Shown piece by piece: positions 34,454-42,884 of a stretch of 64,000 nt of DNA. A program made the position numbers and the translations under genes. The stretch lies in the NCBI GenBank assembly GCA_000091205.1, contig AP006485.2; one strand, given 5' to 3'. Source of the DNA: Cyanidioschyzon merolae (Eukaryota). The notes beneath the pieces are model-generated. The model saw nothing but the letters and a program-made list of their open reading frames with translations. It was not told the origin of the DNA and did not search any database. Numbering within the stretch: the first letter of the stretch is position 1; each line of letters begins with the position of its first letter.

Positions 34454-35157
34454 GAACCCCGGTTAGACTTTTCGAGTGTATACCATAGAAAAATGGATCA
34501 CTGTTGTGAGGTCATTGTAGTTGACTCGTGAACGCGTTCGTGCAACGCTCGGTGCGACTCCACCAGTATCTGCGTCCGTCTATGTGTGTTCGTGTGTATC
34601 AGGGCATATGTTTTTCAACAAGTTCTGCGCATTGCTTTGCGACGCACATCAACGCCTGCGAAAAGCGTACACCATACCGTCGATACCGGGACTACGCGCT
34701 CAACCGCTGCGTCCGTCACTGCCACTAGACGTTGAGCCGCGCTCTCAGCTCTCCAGGCATTCATCTGCCGTATTCATGTTGCTGAGACTCCAAGAACTGT
34801 AGACCTAGCATGACAGTAAATGTTCACGTGCAGAGAGATGAGAAACTGCAGAGAAATACGAACCTTTCATATGTAGATATTAGGGATTGTGTAGCCTGCA
34901 CAGCATATCAAGCTTGTACTGCTCATCTCTACACATCCCATACAAAGCAAAACGAGACCCGGCTCCAGTCTTATATGCCAAATACCTCCTTTCCCGCACC
35001 TGCAATACCTTGTCAGTTCCATGCGAGTCTCCCATTCAAGAACGTCAAGACGAGAGCCTTGTTGCTACGAAGGTGCCGCGAACACTGCGGCGTCGACCGC
35101 ATCCAGAACACTCAGGTTTTCCGTTTAGTTGTTGCCCGAGCGACTGGATGTTTTGGA
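34454..35157. repeat. 705-bp dispersed repeat, copy 2. It lies 8 bp after the end of 2.6-kb repeat A and abuts the 5' end of the USP25/28-like gene.
   Basis: See copy 1. Identity resumes at gaaccccggttagac and ends at ...gactggatgttttggac in both copies. Confidence 0.9.
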
Positions 35158-35169
35158 CTTTTCCCGCAG

Positions 35170-38100
35170 ATGCGAAACATCTTCGCCAAGACTCGATCCG
35201 AGAATAGCTCTCAGCGCAACTCTAGCGCGAATGTGAGAGATCGACCAACAGCCGTTCGGGAAACGGGTAGTTCGCAGACAAAACGCATGGAGGTGTGGAA
35301 GCTTGCCGCCGAGCTGGGTTTCACTGATGCCCAGGTGGCGGTTGCCCTGAAACACGGTTGCCACTCGACAGAACAAATTTTAGACTACATTCTGACGCAC
35401 AAGATTCGCCCGGATGGCTCGAGCGCCGGCCCTGCGGCTGGAGCTCAGAGAACGTCACCGGAGCCTAACTCGGGCTTGCCTCCACCTGCCGACCGACACC
35501 GCGACCAGAAAGAAGGCACGAACGACCCGAACAACACAGAGCAGGCAGAGTTGCAAAGAGCAATCGAACTCTCACGCCGCGAGTACCTTCGGCCTAGAGA
35601 TGCATTGGCGTCCAGTACGGAGAACGCAGTTTCCAAACCCGTTGGTTCCCAAGCGCCGACCGCGGAGAGTCCGCTCGCTCTCGCCTCGGATACTGAACTA
35701 CAGCGCGCTATCGAAGCGTCCCTTGAAGAAGAACGAAAAGCCCGACAGCGCTTTGAACTCTCTCTCTTTAGGCCGTCGGAGGCATCGCTTGATCCGAATA
35801 CTGTCGTCCGAGTGTCACCGATGGAGCCAATTGGTCTCTGTAATGTCGGCAACACCTGCTACCTCAATTCCTTACTCCAAGTATACTACCATACCCCTTC
35901 TTTTGTTAGGCGTGTATTTTCGTGGCGCGAGGATCGAGTCGACACAGAAAAGACACCTCCGAAAGCCATTGATGTCGTTCGCGAGCTCCAACGCCTCTTC
36001 GCGTACCTGCTTCTCTCCGAGCGCCGTTACGCGGACCCTACCGGTTTCCTGTACGCGCTTGCGGAGACCTTGAATTCAGCTGCCCTGGATCTGGGAGCTC
36101 AACACGACCTCAGTGAGTTCAATGAGACGTTCCTGCGCTCCATAGAGGCTGCTCTGCAGACGGTAGACAACACGGAGCCATTGCAGCGCACATTTACGCA
36201 CTCCTTTGTTCAGGAATTGCATTGTCGAGTCATGGAGGGAGCGCATCAAGTCGCAATGGCGGTTGAAATGAATCCACAATGCTCATCCGATGGATCGGGC
36301 ACCCACGGGGCGCCCCAGTCCCCAGGAGCAAGCGATACACCAGCGCTCGACGCGATGCTGGAGCGGCTCAGCGGACTGCAGTCCGCAACGTGGCGGCTTG
36401 CCGACCGAGTTGAGGGAACCACCAGTGCGCTCATTCTCGATGTTGCTTCGGGTAACTGCCGGGACTTGTACGCTGCATTGGATGAGTATGTGCTCGCCGA
36501 TGTGGAGTATCAGCCAGAAAAGCTGACGCCGGGGACTCCTATACACGCAGATTCTAATCCGAGCGATACGCAGGCGTCGACGAGCGGGATAACAACAGCA
36601 CCAACGACGAATACCCGCACCGCAACCAAGTCTGTATGGTTTCAAACTCTGGCTCCAGTGCTTTTTATCTATCTTCAGCGATTGCGCTTCAACCAAGAGA
36701 CTCACATGCCGGAGAAGGTGAACGATTTCTTCGATTTCGCAGAGACAATCTATCTAGATCGGTACCTTGAGCGTAACCGTGAAGCAGCGCTCTTAGCACG
36801 ACTACAAGATGCGCAGTATTGCCGTGAATACGCTCAGTTAGAGCAGGAGCTCCAACGACTGCTTCACTTACCAGGGTTGCAAGAGCCATCGGATGTCGTC
36901 TACGAGGCGGTGCTTGAGCGACTACGCGCCCTGGATCCCGGAAATTCCTCACATCCGCCTGTCGTTGTCGACCAGAGCGAGACTGCACATCGGGAACAGG
37001 CCCTTGAGAGCTTGTCCTACGTCTACGTGACAGAGAAACAACAACGCGAACGGCTTGAGACACGAATGGCGTGTCTCGCGGAGGAAATGGTGCAAAACTT
37101 TGCCAGCCTGTCGAATGAAGCGTATCGGTTGCAGGCAGTGCTTGTACACGAGGGCGCCCCCGAGGCAGGTCATTATTTTGTTTTCATTCGATCGACTCGA
37201 GCGGGCGACTGGTACGAATTCAATGACCAACGAGTACGTCGCGTCTCGTGGGAGCATGTCCACTCGGTGGGGCGCGGTGGGCCCGGCACAGCCTCTGCCT
37301 ACGCGTTGCTCTACAGACGGGAAGAACACGGGGAGGCGAGCCAGCTTCCCTCCATCGAAGAGGCCAAGCGTCTGCTACCGGCGTCGCTCGTAGCGGAAAT
37401 CGCTGCGAACAACGCAGTGCTTCGGGAGGAGGTAGAACGCGAGAAATTGCGTCCAGTAGTTGAGAGCATCTCCGAACGCCTTCGACAACCGGAAAAGGAC
37501 GAGACATTCCTGGAGCGCCCTGAATGGCTTTGTCTTCATCAAGGTCAGGTCGCAGACGCTGTCCTCTTGGCAACATGTCATGTGTACAGCGACCAGACCC
37601 AGGGCGTAGATCTGTTCACGGCGCTGCGAAAACACCGTGCACTACGGACACATACAAACGACGAAACAGCAGGGAACACCGAGGCCAACGAGCCAGTGTT
37701 GCCGCCAACCAAGGCGTCAGCGTCCACGTTTCTCGGAGCGATGAAGTCCGCAGCGTCCGGGCCATTCTCCGACGACATTCGCGAACTTGCTACCCGTCTC
37801 GAGTGCGCAGACAACGAAACTCTGAACCAGCTGGAAAACGCATACACGCGAGCCCAACAAACGTATCGAGTGACGATTCTAGCGCTGATGCTCACCGGTA
37901 TCGCCGCAGAATGCATACGAGAAAGTTCCTGGCGCGATGCAGCGTCTGCGATCACCAGTATATACGATAAGGCGTCGGCGGGCATCTCGTATGCAGGGCT
38001 GACTGCCTCTCTTAGGAATTGTGTAGAGCAGCTTGTTTCCCAAACGAAAACCTCTGACCCGGAGCTGTCCAACTGGTTTGCGCACGAATACCTGCCAGAG

Positions 38101-38343
38101 AAGGCGCTTGAAAAGGAGCCAGCAGACAACTCGACACCAACGTCGACACCTGCACCCGCTTCCGGAGCTGCGCCTGGTAGCGAGATAGAGCGTTGCTCGC
38201 GACGCACGGCACCGCAGCGTCCAAGGTTACCTCCCTGTGATGAACGTATGGTCAGTGCCAGAATATCTGCGTTTGGAAGCCAAGAAGCGGCAGTTCGTTG
38301 GTACGATGGTCTCGTGCGGGGTTTGGGTTCGCCTCAGCGTTGA
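35170..38343 (+). CDS. Ubiquitin carboxyl-terminal hydrolase with N-terminal UBA-like domain and tandem UIMs (USP25/USP28-like architecture). Alternative start M at 35287; the track ORF from 34810 runs through the repeat.
   Basis: Cys box GLCNVGNTCYLNSLLQVYYHTPSF. His box YRLQAVLVHEGAPEAGHYFVFIRS...WYEFNDQRV. UBA-like VWKLAAELGFTDAQVAVALKHGCHSTEQILDYIL. Two UIM-like motifs (EQAELQRAIELSRRE; TELQRAIEASLEEE). Large insertion in the catalytic domain, as in USP25/28. Confidence 0.85.
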   Translation: MRNIFAKTRSENSSQRNSSANVRDRPTAVRETGSSQTKRMEVWKLAAELGFTDAQVAVALKHGCHSTEQILDYILTHKIRPDGSSAGPAAGAQRTSPEPNSGLPPPADRHRDQKEGTNDPNNTEQAELQRAIELSRREYLRPRDALASSTENAVSKPVGSQAPTAESPLALASDTELQRAIEASLEEERKARQRFELSLFRPSEASLDPNTVVRVSPMEPIGLCNVGNTCYLNSLLQVYYHTPSFVRRVFSWREDRVDTEKTPPKAIDVVRELQRLFAYLLLSERRYADPTGFLYALAETLNSAALDLGAQHDLSEFNETFLRSIEAALQTVDNTEPLQRTFTHSFVQELHCRVMEGAHQVAMAVEMNPQCSSDGSGTHGAPQSPGASDTPALDAMLERLSGLQSATWRLADRVEGTTSALILDVASGNCRDLYAALDEYVLADVEYQPEKLTPGTPIHADSNPSDTQASTSGITTAPTTNTRTATKSVWFQTLAPVLFIYLQRLRFNQETHMPEKVNDFFDFAETIYLDRYLERNREAALLARLQDAQYCREYAQLEQELQRLLHLPGLQEPSDVVYEAVLERLRALDPGNSSHPPVVVDQSETAHREQALESLSYVYVTEKQQRERLETRMACLAEEMVQNFASLSNEAYRLQAVLVHEGAPEAGHYFVFIRSTRAGDWYEFNDQRVRRVSWEHVHSVGRGGPGTASAYALLYRREEHGEASQLPSIEEAKRLLPASLVAEIAANNAVLREEVEREKLRPVVESISERLRQPEKDETFLERPEWLCLHQGQVADAVLLATCHVYSDQTQGVDLFTALRKHRALRTHTNDETAGNTEANEPVLPPTKASASTFLGAMKSAASGPFSDDIRELATRLECADNETLNQLENAYTRAQQTYRVTILALMLTGIAAECIRESSWRDAASAITSIYDKASAGISYAGLTASLRNCVEQLVSQTKTSDPELSNWFAHEYLPEKALEKEPADNSTPTSTPAPASGAAPGSEIERCSRRTAPQRPRLPPCDERMVSARISAFGSQEAAVRWYDGLVRGLGSPQR

Positions 38344-38957
38344 GGCTCGTAGGTGCGAGCTTCGCCTGACGGGCTCGGTGTCCCTGGATGCGGAATGCAG
38401 GCATCGCCCCTGTGGCAGCAGCACGACCGCAGCCGCAGCCGATGATACGCACCGCCCCAGCATGTGCTCAGTGGTTCAGCAGACGACTCCGCATCGACTA
38501 TGACGGTTGTGAATTGCAGTGCATCTAGACGCATGTTCTGTCATTCGTGACGAGAGCGTGCTCCTCAGCGCAAGTGCGTCTTCTCGCACCTGATATCAGC
38601 GCACTACAATGCCTCGTGTTATTGCTGCACAGCGCCCGCTCACGATGTACCAGCCCGCAGATGCACTGGCTTGAGTGTGCGGCACGAATCGACGGCATGA
38701 GGGCACCACGATACCTACGTTCTTCCGCGCCGGGAGTAGAGCGCGCAGTCCAAGGTGTACGCACTTGGTGCCCGATACCAGTGTCCCAGCTTGAGACGCG
38801 AAGCTGCATACCAAACCGCGGAAAGAGGCGCTGGTGCATTGACAACTGCGATATACAACCGGAATAATCTCGGAAATACAAGTACGATGCGGATAGCGTC
38901 GAAGCGACGCAAAGCGGTCGACACTTTGCCTGTGCGTCTCTGCTCATGACGTTTCGT

Positions 38958-40598
38958 TCACAGCATGACCAATCCGTTTTCTTCACACCGCAAAACACTC
39001 GTCCGCCAGTTATACACATAATAGTGGAGTTCGCCATCACCCGGTGCAAATTTGAGCTGATCGAAAACCTCTCGATTTTCCATCAAGTGCAGTGCATTAA
39101 AAACATCGAATCCTGCATTTTTCGCGAGAATAAGGGCATCTTGCATGAGGTCCTGAAACGAGCAACTCGTCGCTACGTTGTAGAAGGAATACGCTGCTCG
39201 CAGGGTGCGGTGTTTGCTACTGTGAATCACGCTCGATGGGAGTGAGTAGAAACTAATGAGGTCGGTGACGCGTTCGTTTGAGGTACCGGTGGCGCTGGTG
39301 TTTCGCTGCACGCGCACGAAACTGTAAATGACGTCATCGCGTGGCAAAAACCAGTGTTCAAACTCGGTTTCTGAGAAGCATGGATGGAATTTGGTGTGCG
39401 TTTCCAAGTACTGAGAGAGCAGTGCCCGAGCCGATGCGCAATGCCTTCGTTCCAAGGGCATCACGTCCGGGTGTAGCGGTTTCTCCGGAAGCGCATAGAG
39501 TCTTTCAGTGAGTTTCATGGTCATGCGAGGTCGTAATCTACTAAAACCGCACTCAATCAGTTTTCGGGCATCCAGCGAGCGATGCCAATAGCGACAGGTA
39601 ACCAGCGGCCTGGGAAGCAGCGTACCCGCCGTGTATACCGCTTGGTAGATGCCTTGGCGGTGCGCTCGTCGGGTGATTTCGCGGATCAGCACAGGGGCCA
39701 GTCGTTTGTGCCGAAGCCTCTTATGGATGCAGAGAAAGTTCACCTCGACGACAGCAAGAGCTTTGACATCTCGAAGTCGCATGGTTACCGGCACTGCGGC
39801 AATGAAGGCTACCAGTTTGGAGCTCGTGCTCACGCGAACGCCAACATGCCAGACACGTTTCCAACCTGGTGGTGATAGCGCCCAACGCAGAAACGCAGGC
39901 GAATAGTCGAAACGAAACTGGGCATCGTCGTCTTCGACGTAGTTTGAACGAAGCAGTTCATACAGTTCCTGGATATCGCTTTCGGCACTGATATCGAGTT
40001 CACACCAAGAGAACCCGGCAAGCAACGGGTACGGCGCCTCCGGCACTGACGCCGGGTCCAAGCGGGGACGCTCGTCAATGGGTCCATCACACGTCACACA
40101 GGTCTCGTTGTACTGAGGTACCGGTTGTGAGGACCAAAAACGATGCTGGTGTCGCTGCTGTTGAGGCGGCGCTTCGGGCGCCTGGTGCTCGAGTCTCAGC
40201 TGCTGTTCACTGAGCGCGGTTGAAGCGTCGGTGCCTGCAGCGGTGCTCCGTAGACTTAAAGCCTTCGCCAACCGCTCTGCAATGTCCGGCACATGCAGAC
40301 CGTACGCAGAAAGCGGGGTACCCGTGTCCGGTGAACCACCTGAAGAGGCGCCGTTCTGGTCAGTTTGCTCAGGCTGCGTCCCAGCAGTGCCGACCTGGCG
40401 CTCCGTGTGCGTCCCTATGCAAGGCTCTTCATCGGTAACCGCAGCTGCCTTGTCTTCACCGTTTCCAGAAGCTTCGTGATCGCTTTTCGACGCTTCCATC
40501 AAACAAGCGTTTCTGCTCTTTTTCGGTCCGCGAACGCTGCAAAGTCGCCAGTTTCGCTGCAGCTCGAGTCGCTGAACACATTCTCCTGGCTGACGCAT
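38958..40598 (-). CDS. NMT: Glycylpeptide N-tetradecanoyltransferase (N-myristoyltransferase) with N-terminal extension of about 150 aa. Possible alternative start at 40499.
   Basis: FWSSQPVP, the acyl-CoA binding region EVNFLCIHKRLRHKRLAPVLIREITRR, and the C-terminal ...YVYNW...GLVML characteristic of NMT. Confidence 0.9.
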   Translation of the reverse strand: MRQPGECVQRLELQRNWRLCSVRGPKKSRNACLMEASKSDHEASGNGEDKAAAVTDEEPCIGTHTERQVGTAGTQPEQTDQNGASSGGSPDTGTPLSAYGLHVPDIAERLAKALSLRSTAAGTDASTALSEQQLRLEHQAPEAPPQQQRHQHRFWSSQPVPQYNETCVTCDGPIDERPRLDPASVPEAPYPLLAGFSWCELDISAESDIQELYELLRSNYVEDDDAQFRFDYSPAFLRWALSPPGWKRVWHVGVRVSTSSKLVAFIAAVPVTMRLRDVKALAVVEVNFLCIHKRLRHKRLAPVLIREITRRAHRQGIYQAVYTAGTLLPRPLVTCRYWHRSLDARKLIECGFSRLRPRMTMKLTERLYALPEKPLHPDVMPLERRHCASARALLSQYLETHTKFHPCFSETEFEHWFLPRDDVIYSFVRVQRNTSATGTSNERVTDLISFYSLPSSVIHSSKHRTLRAAYSFYNVATSCSFQDLMQDALILAKNAGFDVFNALHLMENREVFDQLKFAPGDGELHYYVYNWRTSVLRCEENGLVML

Positions 40599-41963
40599 AC
40601 GACTGCGGTGATGCGTATCATGGACAGTTTCTTCTTGTATTCGTCAAGGGCATTCCGTGGTAGCTGGAAACGATCATCCACCCTCATAGAAAGACAAGGT
40701 ACTTTACGATTCGTGTAAACGATTTGATATTTGCGGAAAATAGATAGGATCACGAGGAAAACGACCGCTCAAACCACAGCCGCATGCCTTGCGTTTCCAA
40801 CGAACACGACGTCGTGAAGCTTCAATATCAGGCATGCACGGTTTTGAACTGCAGGTTTTTCTGGCGAACCACTTGGCGGACTCCACGTCGCTTCGCGTTG
40901 GTTACATCGTTCAGCCTCGGTATGCAGCGCTGTCTGGATGCTTCCAGCTGCTGGCGATGACTGCCTTGCCACACGTCTTTCAGCGAGCGCTTACATAAGA
41001 AGCGTCCTGCAGCCACGTGTTTACGGTTGCCAGGTACAGTATGATGAACCGGCAGCGCACAGAACCCGTTGCCTCGTTACCTAAGAACGATGACGGGATC
41101 CGGGGAGAGCCTCTTTCCGATGAACGTCCGAGCCTCGAACTCGAGTGTCTTGCGGGCAGTGAGAGGACTCGCACGCAGCGCTCCGCTGGAACGTGCAACG
41201 ACCAGCCTGGGGAGTTTAGACCAAGCGGACAGGACGCAATCTGGTCTCCTGAGCATTCAAGTGATTTCCTGTCGTTTCCATTTACCATTGAGAGTACTTC
41301 GTACGTGCGCTGCGTCGAAAGTCGAGTGCAGATCGAATCCGATCACCGCGTCGTGAGCGCTACAGAAGCGCCTCGTCCCGATCTACCACCCGCTTGAGGC
41401 ACTTTGCGCGATACGTATCCAGCATACGACAATCATTGTGCTTCACCATGCGCGTATTCGATTTTGAGGATGACCTCATCGAGCCTTGCTGTCTGAACTC
41501 TACTGCAGCTGCTGCTGTCGTCCAGGCGAAGGTGAGCGATGCACGTCACCAAATCGATCGGTATGAAAGCGCTCAAGGGTGCTCTTGCGGATCCTCTCGG
41601 AGCATCGTTGACGAGTCCCATGCCTGGGACAAAGCCCTGACCTGACACACTCAGTGCAGTCATTGCTGCCACTGAAGGCACGGCTTGCGCAGAGCAACAG
41701 CTGCTGATATGCTGCTCGGAAACGGACTCGCTGTTGAGCGTCTCAAACCTGGGTGCAGCCGTTGTTCTGACGTCGCATAGGGTGTAGCGGCGAGCAGAGG
41801 CCTGTTCGCCCTCTCGCCAGGGTTTTCGTCGCTCGCATTCCAGGCCATGACGCAGTGCCTATGCAGCCGCAGAGGCTGCAGCGGTCTCCAGAAAGCCGCT
41901 TCGCGCGCCCCGGTTGACGAGGCACGTCACGGGACGTGCATTTTCAACGCGTACACTCTTCGT

Positions 41964-42701
41964 TTAAATCAGTTTCTTTGCCCTGAAGAAAGCGTTGAGG
42001 TAGCGTGCCTGCCAGATACCTGCTCCGATCATAACCAAGCAAGAGATGATGCTGTACCAGAGCACGCGCCGCGACACCGACTCGTTGATTGAGCGCATAG
42101 CCTCTTCACGAGCCCGCATATGCTCCAGTTCTTCCAGAATGGACTTCACTTCATCTTCCATGCGCCGCAGGGCGATTTCCAGGTTATCAAGGTGCTCTAC
42201 CTTGGCTACTGTTGAGTAGTCCTTCGCCGCGGCTCCCGTACTGACGTGGAGCGTAATTTTGCGTTTCGTCTCGGGCCCGTCACCGTTTTTTCCCGAAAGG
42301 CAAAACTGGTAGTTGTAGGTAGGCCATACGTCTCCGTAGTTTTCGTCGAACTCTTGGTGCTCTTTGTCCGCCTCTCCAACGTTACCGTGCGGGTGCTGAC
42401 CGCGCTGCGGTCCCGCTGGACTCTCGAACGTGAACTTTCCCTGATCGATGTTGTCTTTTTGAAAGATTACCTTACCGTCAGGTCCAGTGACCACCAGCTC
42501 GACATCAAGTTTACCTGGGCCGGCAGTGACGAGGTACTCGCCTAGAACGCGGGTCCCCGCGGTCACGTCCTCGCTGAAACACTTCTTTTGGCCACTTTTC
42601 AGGAAAAACTGAAGCGCGCCCGTCACCGGAACCCGAGCTAATACGCCCAGCACGAGCAAACACCAAACCAGAGTACACAGTCTACGCGAAACCGACGACA
42701 T
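41964..42701 (-). CDS. p24/emp24 (TMED) cargo receptor: GOLD domain, coiled coil, one TM, short tail. Start called at the signal peptide M (42701); the track ORF extends to 42929.
   Basis: Signal peptide MSSVSRRLCTLVWCLLVLGVLA. GOLD-domain pattern (FFLKSGQKKCFSEDV...YLVTAGP...VELVVTGPDGKVIF). Coiled coil LEIALRRMEDEVKSILEELEHMRAREE. TM plus C-terminal FFRAKKLI. Confidence 0.82.
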   Translation of the reverse strand: MSSVSRRLCTLVWCLLVLGVLARVPVTGALQFFLKSGQKKCFSEDVTAGTRVLGEYLVTAGPGKLDVELVVTGPDGKVIFQKDNIDQGKFTFESPAGPQRGQHPHGNVGEADKEHQEFDENYGDVWPTYNYQFCLSGKNGDGPETKRKITLHVSTGAAAKDYSTVAKVEHLDNLEIALRRMEDEVKSILEELEHMRAREEAMRSINESVSRRVLWYSIISCLVMIGAGIWQARYLNAFFRAKKLI

Positions 42702-42884
42702 TCTTGCCACGAGCGCTCGGATCCAGGCCTTGAGTAACGTCTGAGATGCGAGCACTGCCCGTTGTGTGATTGTTTGCGTGCGAGGGTGCGTTTGTGTCGG
42801 TATACCACCGGTAGAGCGGGCGCACAGTCGAACGATGCCACCGGTGTACAGAAGCGGCGAGAAACCCGCTTTCGAGGAAACGTC

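Noticed and set aside
37578-38207. 209-aa minus-strand ORF, and several 100-140 aa ORFs between 35.4 and 37.6 kb.
   Set aside because: All lie inside, and antisense or out-of-frame to, the USP25/28-like CDS.
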